Notes: generated from the sequence alone by a model not told the origin. A stretch of DNA of 64,000 bases from Callorhinchus milii (GCF_018977255.1 NW_024704743.1:39620001-39684000), one strand, 5' to 3'; shown: positions 49,506-62,680, counted from the stretch's first letter. Made by a program: numbers and translations.

Positions 49506-51219
49506 CAGGTAGGACCACTATACAAGATGGTGCTATTTTCAGTATTGGAAGAGATTTAAGCTTTTTGAAAAGGAAAGCAGTATATTAATAATTTTGAAAA
49601 TTCTCCAATGTGTTTTTTATATTCCTCTTCTTTTATCCATTCATGCTCATGTATTTCCTTCAGCCTCTTATTTTGCAGCTCCACATTCATTACAATACAA
49701 TACTACAATTTACATTTATATAGCACCTTTCACACCGGAGGGACATCTCAAAGAGTTAATTGACAGTGTGGGCAACACATGCGTTTCACACCACAAGTTC
49801 TTTCTTTCCCCTGCTATGTGGGAGAATCACACATATTTGTCATGTTGATTTGCTTTCTCTGTTTGCATGAAATTTTTATTCCTGCCACTTCTGCTCTTTT
49901 TCTGGTAGGTTGACTTCATCCACTATCAGCGGAAGCACAGCAATCAGAAAATGAGAATCAAGCGCACAAAGACTTCATATTAAATTTGACATTTTGAGTG
50001 AATCACACTAATTTTAAATGCAGAGATGCAGTAGTCGCAGCTTATACATTTCTAAGGAAAGATGGCATTTCTTTGCATTTATTAAGAGCATGACATGTAC
50101 ACAACTTCCAGTTTTCATAAACATGTGGTAAGTGTCCAGTGAGCAATAAGCCTGCTCCTTGCTTTCTAAAGTGTCATCATTTTAAAGCAAACATTTTATT
50201 ATTGTTATTAATTATATTGCATTTCAACATTGTATTAATTTTTATTCTGGAGATTTATCTGGGCGAGATTTACCTGTTCCTTTGTAATTAAAATTGTATC
50301 TTGGTGAAACTAACAGAGACTAAGGTGCATTAACTCATTCATTACACAGTACTTTTGGAATGTCACTATATATATACGTTTCAACTCAATACAATCATGG
50401 CTAATCTTCTTGCAACAGAAATAATAGCAAATACTTTGCATTTTGCTTCTGATGAATAATCTCTTTCAAAAGCCCAAGCTTATTAACATTCCCTTCAGAA
50501 GCTAAACAATTATATCCAAACTCAGCTTGCAAACGATGGTGGAAGGAAAAGGCAGGTACTGTAAATAAACTATTTAATGACTAGTTACTGATGTATGGAC
50601 AGTTACAAATCACTGCCACCTCATTCGTAAAATACATATATTGAGCATGCTTCATGTCACCATCAAAACACTGGAGGGATGAAGATGATGATTCCTATCT
50701 CATATATACACACACAGCTGTAAAGTTGCATGCATATCACATAATCTGCTAAGTACTTTGAGACAGTTTCATGTTATAGAAGCTATATTAAATGCAGGAA
50801 TTATTATTATTTTCATCACTGCTAAGGACTAAAATAGCTAAAATATTGTAGCATTGCCATTAAGAATCATTCTCTCATAGTAGAATGCCTTTTTAGGAAC
50901 CTTGCCTCTTTCAGTATTTTGATGTTACCTCTGAGAAAACTGCCACCATAAACCCCCACCCACAAAATGTAATAGAATGACAGTAATTTCCAGTGAAACA
51001 TTTTGATGCAAAAGAGGCTGTATAAGCTAGAAGAATTGTCATTTGTCCATTGCCGGTTAATTAGTGCTCATGCAAGGAGATAATGCCATTTAATGTTAAT
51101 AATAATCCTTGCATTTGATATACTCCCCATCACCTGAAGGTAGATGTCCATGAGATAGCTGATAAAGAAACTCTGTGGCTTGAAGTGAAGCTGCTGCAAT
51201 GCGTTACCTGGAATCTGGG

Positions 51220-51632
51220 TTCATCATCTGCAGTGCCCTGGAGTACTGCAGACCCATTCGGCTCACGAACCAGACTAGTGAGACCATCATAGAGAGTTGA
51301 CTTGCTAAACATGTCTCTTTGGAACCAGTTCATCTCCCAGGAGACCCCATTTACCTCTCCCCCAAGAAGGATAGTAGCTGGTTAGCTGCTTAAACTCCAA
51401 AAGTACCTAAGCATACACTCTGGGGTCCCCAAGTCTTGGGTATTGCCAGCCTGCACCTATACTCTCCTGAATTAGGTAAGCAGGATGCATCTCTCCAGGG
51501 AGAGAGTGCACATTGCATTCCAATACACCAGAACTTCCATATATAGGTGGGATGCATGGAACTCTCAGTTTGATTGGAATACTCTTCGGCACAGTGATGG
51601 GTTTTCACATGTCTCACACCTAGCTGACCAAA
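51220..51632. repeat. Family X copy with rearranged halves (51220-51385 plus; 51390-51632 minus)
   Basis: The plus part matches 15180-15370; the minus part matches 13985-14200. Confidence 0.7.
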
Positions 51633-51739
51633 CAAAGTTTCTATAAAAGTGTAGTGATTGTGTATTATTTGGGTGTATATAGCAACCAATTTGTGCACAG
51701 CAATGTCCCACAAACAACCATAACGTGAGTTATCAATTT

Positions 51740-52047
51740 TAATAATAATCCTTGCATTTAATATAGCGCTTTTCACGTCTTCTAGACATTTCAAAGCGCT
51801 TGACAGAATATACTGTAAAGTGAATTGACTGTATATTTGTGGGCGAAACGCGGCAGCCAATTATGCACAACAGTGTCCCACAAACAGTTGTGGATTGAAG
51901 CGACCAATTTTATTACTGTTTTCTCTCTTGAGGGATTATTGTCAGGTGTGTGGAGTAAGAAAACTTGCCCAAGGTTTCGCCCCGCAGGGAATCGAACCCA
52001 GGTCTCTCGCTTGCAAGGCGAGTGCTCTAACCACTGAGCTACAGGAC
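51740..52047 (-). mobile_element. Full-length tRNA-Ala SINE, short subfamily, nested in a minus-strand DeuSINE (about 51645-52280)
   Basis: Reverse strand GTCCTGTAGCTCAGTGGTTAGAGCACTCGCCTTGCAAGCGAGAGACCTGGGTTCGATTCCC; DeuSINE sequence flanks both sides. Confidence 0.93.
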
Positions 52048-55000
52048 ACCAAAGAATCTGAGGGATTGTTGGCCAGGTCACTGGGAGAAACTCCTTTCTG
52101 TTTTCAAATAGTGCTATGGGATCTTTAACATCCAGCTGAAGAAGCTGACAGGATTTTGATGTAGCCTCTCATTTGGAAGATGGTAACTTTGGCTATGGCT
52201 ATGAGCTCCAAATTCCACTGCGGGATTTGAATCCTCAACCTTGTGACTCAATTCTAACAATTGAGCCAGGCTGAGAGCTATTGTGCAAAGAACATAATAC
52301 CTTGTAAATTATCCAAAAGAAAAACTTCCTGTAATGTTTCTCCATCTAATCTGAGGGGGGCTTTGATTAGCAGTATTGTCAGTCTTATTCTATTCAGTTG
52401 TGCAGTTAGCCTCAGTGAATGTGTTTGCTTCAATGTGATCATCCATTGACTCCTTGGAGAAATTGGCTTTCAAATTTAAAATTAATCTTTTTCATTGACT
52501 TATCTGGTCTTTTGCAACAAAGAATTCAGCTTGCTGATGGTTGCTGTGAATGTATTCCCAACTCTTACCCTTTCTAAGCAAAAAAAAACTTGCTATTGTT
52601 TTATTAATTACAGATTCCATCTGCAGTAATAAACAAGGAACACAGATTTTTTTAATGATTTAAACTTTATACTTTACTTTAATAATACAGAGATATATCT
52701 CACATATTTATGTGTTCCTGGACTAATCATTAGGTTAAATAATACAACATTGTGCAGTGCACTTGGTATCTATCATTTTAACATAATAATAATCCTTAGC
52801 ATTTTAGGACGTCGGAATCTCCTTTTTTATAACAATAATCCTTGCATTTGATGTAGCATTTTGCAGTCAAACAAAACAGCCAACTTGCAAGCGCCTCAGC
52901 AAAACAAGTTGGCCATTCCCGGCAATGAGCTGTAAGACCCTCATTGTCATCTGCCCGGCCCAACAGCTTTTCGGAATCCAGCATTAATACGTCAAATTTA
53001 ACCCAGGGTCCCATCTGACCATGACCAATGACAGACTTCAGACAGTGGAAGAAATATTTGTGTGCTGATCATAGTTCAGTAGGAACTCTACTATTTGGGC
53101 AAGGAAAGGAAAAAGTCAGACAGTTTGAGTCCCTGATCACCTTCCTTGAGTTTGCCTGAAAAGTGCCTGAATGTGAATGTTCAGCTAGGACAAGATTGGG
53201 CTTGGCTGTATAAGTAGTCTGCCCAATGTTATATAACAATAATCTTTGTATTTGATACAGTGCCTTATCATGTCTTTGAGACATCTCAAAACTCTTCACA
53301 GAATCTCTCAAAACTCTTCACAGAATCAATTGTAAAGTGAATTTATTATATTTTGTGGAGATTTCACTTGTGTGTTGGCCACTACTTGAGGAATCATAAC
53401 CATGTGCATGTTTTCACCTGAAGAGGGTAAAGGAGAAGATTTTGAGGGGGCATAAATGTTCTTAGCAAATTGCAGATATCTTAAATGGATTTGAATTGGT
53501 CATTTTTTTGATAAAGAAAGACATCTTATATTGATTATTTAATATTTACACATATTCAAGTTGATTGTGTTTTCACTGCATTTCCAAAGGGGGAAAAAAA
53601 CACAGCTAAGATTGTTGTAACTCTGACATGAAATATATTTCAAAGGTGTTTCATCATTCTTAGCCCAGATCAATACATCACTGCCATGAAGTCGAATGTG
53701 GAAATGTAGGATAAGTTGCTCATATGTGTGACTCAAAACATATCCTTAAGGCTAGAGTGAAGACAAATGTAGTTTTCAAGAATTTAACCTTTGAAGCCAT
53801 GTGTCCATATAATAAGCCCTCAGGGGAAGTAGATACTGTTTAATGGTAAGCTTGGTTTGTTGATACACCTTCTTCACTGAATAGGAATATCTTTGTTTGT
53901 ACAGATTTTCTTTCTGTTTACCAAACTGTCAGATATTATAGGAGATAAGATCATGCATAGAATACCAGGAATAAATTGAGCCTAAAATGTGGGTTGAGCT
54001 AATATCCATGTTGAAATGCACACAGGTGCACTCAAATATTCTTCAGCTGTCAAATCAGATTTGAGAGTTTGACATTTGTCCTTGTGCAAAGCAAGATATA
54101 AAACTCTCACCATCATTTAATTTGCGCTCTGGGTAATGGTCAAATAGATCACTTCACAAGGCTTCTATGTGCCACCCAATCTTAGATTACTGGGGATCCC
54201 AATATTAACAATCAAGGCAAGGCTATAGAACTGCTAACATCAATGCCACCCAATAATATGGACTTAGCCATTAAAAGGGAATACAGAATTACCTGAAACC
54301 CTTTTCATTGGTGGCCATTTTGAGCTGCTGACACCAAAATGGATTTGAACAAGGGGTTTTATCACAACCTGCATTTTGGATCTGAGTGTGTCTGGAACAC
54401 GTTTAGACTGTGGTATACAGTATGGAAGCTAGGATGGAATCTTGAATAGCTTCTATGTGGCTAATGAACCAAATTATTTATATTTATTCTTTTATATTAC
54501 GAATGGAAATTAAAGATCAAAGTTGTATAACTTTTATGGAAGATCCTAGGGTATTCTACCACTTTACGAACTATTCCAGTTTCAGTATACAGCTGAATAA
54601 TATTACCATAATAATGATGTGTAATGCAGTGTTCCGTGTTACTTTCTGATGTTATTGTTAATAACACTACAGACTTGCAACGCTAGTTAATATACTCTTC
54701 AAGTACGTCTAATTGAAATTATTGACATCTGACACATTGAGGTTCACTTCCCTTCAATTTAAATTTAAAAGTCAAAATCCATACAAACCTATGCAGCCTA
54801 TTGTGTCTCTGCTGATACTAATTTCTCCATTGGAATCACATTGCTCTGCTGCTTCCTCCCCTCATACCCTTTATTATTTTTCCCCAAGCACTTTTCCCTG
54901 TTAAGTTCTGTTATTAAATTGTATGATAAGGCATTTTATATTCCAAACCACTCTGTATGGAAACAAAAATCTCACAACTAAAGCCTTTTTTTCACCCCCC

Positions 55001-55049
55001 CCCCCCCCCCGCCAGACACTCCTTTCTCTTTTCAAATAGGCCAATGGAT

Positions 55050-55460
55050 TCTTAACGTCCATGCCTTTATCACATCCAGGCTTGACTAAGACAACACTCT
55101 GCTCGCTGGACTCCCCAGCACTTCCCTGCACTTCCAGATTCTCTAGAATTCTGCAGCTGTGTCCGCTCCCACACCAGTCTCTGTGAGCCAGTTCCATTGG
55201 CTCCCAACACCCTGCAGATCGAGTTCAAGATCCTTGTATTTAAATCCCTCCATAGTCTTGCCCCTTACCACCCCCCACCCCTGCATGTCTGCAGCCCCCT
55301 TCAAGTGTACACACTCGGCCGCTACCATTGTTCAAGGACCACCGGTCTGCTTCTTGTCCTCTGCCCTATCTGCCCCACCATTGGCAGGCAAGCTTTCAGC
55401 CTTTATACCCCTGCTCTATGGACTTCCATCCCAGTGTCCCTCTGATTCACCCCCTCCCAT
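55050..55460 (+). mobile_element. Degenerate L2 3' fragment
   Basis: VHAFITSRLD, ..QIEFKILVFKSLHSLAP, PTIGRQAFS..LWTSIP. Confidence 0.85.
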
Positions 55461-56269
55461 CTTTTTAAATTGTGTTGAAATATCAACAAACTGAAGAAGT
55501 CCATCTAGTGCATAATGTATGATACCACTGTTATTTGAATTGGTTAATTCCCACAAAAACACATGGAAATAGATTAAAGAAGGCAAACAAATTCAAAAAA
55601 TCCTGCCAGCTACATAGATCTACTGCAGTAGCACGACATACATTATACATTATAGCACAACATTTCTCTTTTTGCTGTCAGTCATCACAGGTGCCTGGAA
55701 ACATTAATTCTCAGTCACTTGTCCTGATTGCTAATGGCACAGGGGATTAAATTGCAGTTATTAGTAACAGTAAAATATACAATTACATGATGGAATTTTA
55801 ATAAGATCTCATTCCACTGCTGTCTAATTTAGTAAATATGCAATAATCCTTCTATGATGAGTTGAGCTCTAAAGGACAAATTGTAATGATGTTTTCACCA
55901 GTACCTCATTTAAAGCTAAGTAGGGAAATAGAATACCAAGTTCATGATCATGCTGCTAAAGCAGTCATTAACTTAAAGAAGACTATTGCTGCTGTTTCAA
56001 AGATCAGTCATGGTATTGTGACCGGATGTCAGACCAGATAAAGATGTAAGGAGCAGCTTGGAGGGATTATTTATTTCAACAACCAAACAGAGAGGAATTG
56101 GGGAAGAGCAATGCTTACTAGTATTACACATAAAGGCAAACCTTCAAACTTTAAAATATAAAACAGTCAAGTTGGAGCTCAGGATTTGCTCACTGATAAT
56201 CCATAGTTTATCATCCAAATTACTCTAACTTCTTGAACAAAACCCTTTTCTTCTTGAAAGGCTTTTGAG

Positions 56270-57050
56270 CTCATAGTCTAGACTGATGTTCTAATGCAGT
56301 GCTGGGAGAAGCACTGCATTGTCAGAGATGCAGTCCTTCAGATGAGACGTTAAACCAAGGTAGATGGTCTGCCAGTTTAGGTAGTTGTCAAAGATCCTAC
56401 GGTACTATCCAAAAAGAGAAGGGAGTTTCTCATAGTTTCATTAGCCATCAATTTCCAAATAAAATTGGTCATTCACTACATGACTGTTTTGGACATTGGT
56501 GTGCGCAAATTGGTTGTTTTATATAACTAAAAATAACCAGGACAACTACTTGCATTTATATAGCACCTCTGCTGCAGGGTGCTTGACAGTGGAGGAGCCT
56601 GACTCAGAGCCAGGGGGTGGGGGTAGGTGACCTTACGCAAGGTCAAAGAGCAAGGTCTTCAGGCATGACCTGAAGATGCGGAAGGATTGAGGAAGAGTGT
56701 TCCAGAATTTGGGGGCATGATGGCTGACAGCACAGCTGCCACAGGTGGAACGGAAGGTGCAAGGGACAAGCAAGTAGGCCAGAGCCAGTCGAGCAGAAGC
56801 AATGGGTAGTGGATTGGAGAATAAGCAGGTCGGAGAGTTAGGGAAGTGCGAGGACATGAACGGATTTGAAGACGAGTATGAGGATCTTGAAATTTATCCG
56901 TTCTGTGATAGGAAGCCAGTGGAGCCTGGCAAGGTCAGGTGTGATGGGGGCACTGAATTTAGTGCGAGTGAGTACGCAGGTGGTGGTAAATACTTTGAAG
57001 TATTTTGAGACATTTCGTTGATGTGATATCAAATGCAAGAGTTGTTATTA
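56270..57050 (+). mobile_element. DeuSINE split by an L2 family-B insertion
   Basis: Deu domain 'ccttcagatgagacgttaaaccaagg' at 56335; the tail resumes at about 56985 'tttgagacatttc..atcaaatgcaag'. Confidence 0.75.
56542..56985 (-). mobile_element. L2 family-B 3' fragment
   Basis: ORF 56838(-) VLTRTKFSAPITPDLARLHWLPITERINFKILILVFKS; ORF 56633(-) APKFWNTLPQS; tail. Confidence 0.9.
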
Positions 57051-58059
57051 TCCAACCTCTTTCAAAAGTAGCTACAAAAGCTGCCTTATTAAATTTCAGA
57101 TGCAATATTTTAACATAATACAAACTTCAAAATACAACTATATACATTTTGAATTAAATGTAAGTATAAACCTTCTTTTCAGTCTTGCTGAAGAGCTTTG
57201 TGAGTTATAAGGCTGAAGTTGTGTGTGGCATGTGTGTGCGCACTTTTGGGTTGTACCAGTAAAGCTATTTATTTCTAACCTGAAGTAAACTTCGTCCTTC
57301 AATTCATGTTGTTTTCATACTATAATGTATCTCTGAGAAGGTGTCTGAAATAATATCTATGTTGATGGCCCACAGTAATGGGTCCACAAGGAATTCCTGG
57401 GGCTTCTCTAAAATTGTCCTGTTCATTTTTCCATCTGAAAACATACCTCTTTGTCCTTACCTATGACCACTTTCCTCACTACAGTGTAATTATGGTAAAT
57501 TCAGAGCACCGGCAGCCTTAGGCACTGTAGAATTTTTTCAAATGAAGTAAAAGAAGAACAAGAGAGGAGATAAATAGTAATAAAGACAGAAAATGCAGGA
57601 AATGAACAGTATGTCAACAGCAACAACAAGAACAAAATGTCAATTAGAATATAAAAGAGAAAACTGCTAATATTCCAATAGAACTGAGTCTCTATTTTAT
57701 AGATTTACCTCGACAGTGAAAGAAGTAATAAAATAATTATCAAGAAAATTGGTCAATATCTAATATGTATCAGATAAAGCAACGATCAAGTGCGAGAAGA
57801 ACATAATGATCAGTTATCTTTCTCTGAGAGAGTTTCGGCAGTATCTGGGTTAGCTCCTTTAAGACACTCTAAAGATTTTGGGGTAAACTTCCTTTTTGAT
57901 ACCCCACAATCAAGGTACATGAATATTGCATGCAGAGGTGGAGTTTCAAGTTAGTTTGTCCAAACATAATCCAGAGCCAGTTCAGCTAATCACAGCTCAA
58001 AGCTATTTTGTCCAATCATCTTACTACGCAGGGTAGGACATACATCACCAGGCTGTAAT

Positions 58060-59035
58060 CAACAACAACAACAACAACAACTAGCACGTACATAGCACCA
58101 TTCACGCCAAGCAGCATCCCAGAGCGCTTAACAATGGTGGAGCTCGATGCCAAGCCAGGGGGAGGGGAAAGGTGATCGTAGGCACAGTTAAAGAAGAAGG
58201 TCTTCAGGTGCGACCTGAAAATGGGGAAAGAGGGGCAAGGCGAAGGGATTGATGGAGGGACTTCCATAGCTTTGGGGCGAAGTGACTGAAGGCACGGTCA
58301 CCGATGGTGAAGCGTAAGATTCGAGGGACAAGTAGGAGGCCGGAGCCAGTAGAGCTGAGGCAGCGGGTAGTGCTGTGAGGAGAAAGGAGATTGGAGAGAT
58401 AGATGGGGGTGCCCATAAGGTGTGGAGGGATTTAAACACTAGAGTGAGGATCATGAAGTTGATCTGTTCTGTGACAGAGTTTGGCAAGGACTAGGGTAAT
58501 TGGGGAGTTTAGTGTGGGTACGAATGTGGGCAGTGGAGTTTTGGATGAGTTGAATTTTGTGAGTAGTGGAGGAGGGGAGACCGGCGAGGAGGAAGTTTGA
58601 TTAATCCAGCCGAGAGGTGACGAAGGTGTAGACAAGGGTTTTGGCAGCTTGTGGAGTGAGGTATTGTCGGAGATGGGCAATGTGACGGAGGCGGAGGAAA
58701 GTGGTCCTTCCCAGGGACCTGATGTTAGGGAGGAAGGATAACTGGGGATCGAACCTGATGCCTAAGTTGTGCATGGGTTCAGAGAGTTTTAAGGACAGAT
58801 TGATGAGGTCTGAACCCCAGGACAGAAGACATCAACGCGAGTCAAAGAGTATGGATTCTGACTTGTTGACGTTTAACCGCAAGAAAATTGTTCTCATCCA
58901 GACCTTGATATCTGTCAGACAAACTGAGGACTGTGGGTCGCAGCTGGAGGAGGAGAAGTAGAGTTGAGTGTCATCCACGTACATGTGGAAGTTAACCCCA
59001 TGTCTGCGGATGACATGACCGAGAGGGAGTATAAT
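58060..59035 (-). mobile_element. L2 family-B, RT-containing fragment
   Basis: ORF 58832(-) [33 protein letters not shown]; tail 'gttaagcgctctgggatgctgcttggcgtgaatggtgctat..(ttg)n'. Confidence 0.93.
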
Positions 59036-60159
59036 CACACTTTGACATGAGAGTCACCTCCTAATCACATACCAAACCAATATGGTCATCCAAATAAGGT
59101 ACCATACTCCTTTTTCCATCCTCCGTATGAAATCTCCTTCACAGTCCAGAGATGGAGTCAGTCTTTTGACCATTAATAATTTTACCTATTTCAGTACAAT
59201 CCTTATACCATTAAGAGTTCTAATTTGCCCTTCTCATCTGCCTTTTACAGCAGTTGTTATTATGTTCATGGCAACATGATCCTTGATGTGGTGAGACAGA
59301 CCTCTACTCAAAATGATATGGTTATAAAGAAAAGGAAGCAATCTCTTCTGATTGGCATAGGCGTTTAAAACAGTGGAGGGATAGGATAGTTAGAGAACAA
59401 TAGTCAGAGAAATACATGATTGGCTTCAGACTGGGGTAGACCTTGAATGAAGTGTAAAACCAAAACAATGAATAGAGAGGTGAAGACTAGCTTTCTTTAA
59501 AAAAATTGGTTAGGCTAAATTCTTTGAATAATTGGTTCTTTAATTAAGTATAATAGTACCATATTAATTCAGCTGGAGCTTTTCTGGCCTTTCATTATGT
59601 AGTCATTATGTAGAATGTTAATGTAGTCAAGATATTTATTACTGCTAATGGTTATGAATTTTATTTTGGACTGCATTTTGTATTCTAGGTATACATATTC
59701 AGTTAATTATTGGGTAACTAATAGTTTAATAGTGTTGATTGTAGGTGATTGCTTATAGTGAATAAATTGCTCCAATTAAAAAAAAACGCAGTTAAAAAAA
59801 AACTCGAGATTGTTGTATAACATTCTTCATATGTCTCGCTTTTCTCTATCATTGAGAGCAAATATGCTTTAACAAGTGCATTGCTTTCTTTTTATGTTTT
59901 ATGTTATATATTAATCTGTTTTGTTTTCTTTGGAGCCAATGTGCTGGAGCACATATTATCAATCTCAACAACATAGAATAATAAATATGATATATTGAGT
60001 TTTACTTTGGGAGGATGTCTCAAAGTGCTTTACAGTATATAATGCAAAGTGTAGTTTTGTATTTTGTAGGCAAACATTGTGAGGAGGGGTGGGGTGGGGG
60101 CACGAGATAAGGTATGTCATATGATAATTATCACCAATTATACACACAACATCATAAGA

Positions 60160-60513
60160 CACAGGTTTACCAAGGTGAACAAGGAAAAATTATTTCCACT
60201 GGCGGGTGGGTCGGTAACCCAAGGACACCAATTTAAAATAGTTGTTAAAAGAAACAGAGGGGAGATGAGAAGAAATTTTTTCACACAGCAAGTTGTTCGG
60301 ATCTGGAATGCATTGCCTGAAAGTGGGTGAAAGCCAATTCGACAACAAATTTTAAGAGAGAAGAAGATAATTATTTGGGGAGGACAAGCTTGCAGGCCGA
60401 TGGAGAGAGAAGCGTAAGTGGGATTGATTTGGATAGCTCTTTTAAAAGAGCCGGCACAGACACGATGGGCCGAATGGCCTCCTTCTGTGCTGTATAATTC
60501 TATGATTCTATGA
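60160..60513 (+). mobile_element. CR1-type LINE 3' end
   Basis: KVNKEKLFPLAGGSVTQGHQFKI..RRNFFTQQVVRIWNALPE; tail 'gatgggccgaatggcctccttctgtgctgtataattctatgattctatga'. Confidence 0.93.
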
Positions 60514-62494
60514 TACCCTATTATTCTTTCCTGGGCATTTCAATGAGTTTCCCAATGCTACATTATAAGTAGTTTTTCACATTGAGTGCAGATAGGAGGA
60601 AAGATGAGATAACAAGATAGGATTCTATCTAACTCCACACCCCCACATCATAATTTCATCCCTTAAAGTTCTGATATATGGAAACAAAAATTGTGTAACT
60701 ATCTAATTTCTGATTGTTTGCTATTTTATCGATGGTGTTTAAACATTTAAAATTCAAAATCAATCAATGCATATTAATAAGATAATTAACCGATGAATGT
60801 GTCATCATGTCTAATACCATATAATGATTAGTAAATTAGCTTTCAAAACATTCCAAAGTATAAGTGCAAGGATTAAATGCAGATCAACCAACAAATTATA
60901 AGATATCTACATTTGTTAATTCTGAATTTAGCACTAATGTGGTTATTTGCATATTCATTAAATGGTCATTAACTTTTGAATAGAGCATTTTCAGAACATC
61001 AGTGTAGAATAGTACTAAGCTTACCATTGGATGACAATTAGACGTGAGTAATGTTTTGTTATATTCACCTCTCTTATCCATGGTCCCAGGCCCCAGTGCA
61101 ATGTGGTCATACAATTAAATGCTTATAGTTTAACAGAAGCACTTTCCTTTCATACAGATGTAGCTCAAGCAAAATAATATACCTTAAGTCCATCACACAC
61201 CTTCACAGATGGGCATTTCAATTTTTTCCCCCAAAACTCTATTACAAAAAGTAAATGCATCAAAGTGCGCACAGCACAGCAAATAAATTAATCTCCTATT
61301 CCTCTCAATCCTGTTGGTGATATAACTTATTGCATAGTCTTGTCGTTCGGAACTATTCATTTCTCATGACAGCTGATTGTATTCCGGGGGAACCATTACC
61401 CTTCAACAAACCACCATTTCAATTCTGACACCTTCCACTCCTTGGTGTTATTATTTTCATTGTCAATCTTTTCCCAAAATAAAATTCTTTCCTCCAGGTT
61501 ATCACTTGGATATTCTCACACAATAGTTGAATCAACTCACATCATTCCGTGAAATAAACAGTATTTTCTCTTTCCCTGTGGAGCAAGGATAGGAGTTGTT
61601 CCTATATTCAGTCAGATACCAGCTTAAGTGAAATCTACTTTTAAAATCAGAGTGTAAGAATATTCTTTTTGATGAATATGGTTCTGTTGATTCATAGACC
61701 TAAACAGTGTTTGCTCAGATTGTGAGCTCAGTTCCACTCTCTGCACACAACAGTTTTAACAATGTGAAGTGGAAAGCTTGGTAATGCTTTGCAGTACATC
61801 AGAGTTGTTAAGAATCAAACACTGCTGATTTCAATTTCCAGTGTAAACAAAGCATGCCACAAATATGGAACAGTAAAATTGAGTATTAGAATTTGTTTTC
61901 ATGTTTCTAAAAACGAATTGATTGACCACCTTTTAACAGCATTCAAATCAGGACATTCAAATTTGCTGAGTGGTTCAATGTACTGTCTGAGATCTTTCAA
62001 CTCACTGCAGTCTGATTTGCAACCATCAAACCAATACTTCAGTGGATGGAAATCTCAGGCACCTGACACCCCCTTTCCCATTGTGATTCACTTTGGCTCA
62101 TTTATACTACGTATTTATTGTGATATTCTGCAGCTAAGCGTTCAATGTAAACACGTAAGCTTTCTGTCCATATGGTTTTTACTCTCAGGAGTTTTTTAAA
62201 ATTATAGTGTTTTTTTTGATATTTTACTAGTGCACATGCTGCATGGTGCAATGGAGTAAAAATATTATATTTTAAGCATTACTTGTTTTAATTTATGACA
62301 TTGTATTGCACACCTGACTGGATTGTTCCTCGTTCTGACATTATTGTCATTATTTTTGACATTATTCAAGCAAGAAAAAATTGTATATTTTAGAACTTAG
62401 ATTGACTTCAAAGTTATTTGCTCATTCTCTTGCCCTGCTAAAAAATGTAACTTTTTTATTAATCAGAACTGATATTCAGTAAAACTATGGAGGA

Positions 62495-62680
62495 CAATAA
62501 TAATACTAATAATTCTTTAATTTGGCACAACACCTTATCGCATTATTGAGATGTCTCAAAGTGCTTCACAGAATATACTGTAAAGCAAGTTGACTGTATA
62601 TTTTATTGACGAAACGAGTCAGATAATTGTGCACAGCAGTGTCCCACAAACAGTCATGGATTAAATGACCAAACTATTAT
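62495..62680 (-). mobile_element. SINE 3' half
   Basis: Reverse complement of the SINE body and tail. Confidence 0.85.

Noticed and set aside
53284..53327. 22-bp tandem duplication
   Set aside because: A simple local duplication inside a decayed SINE tail with no further structure.
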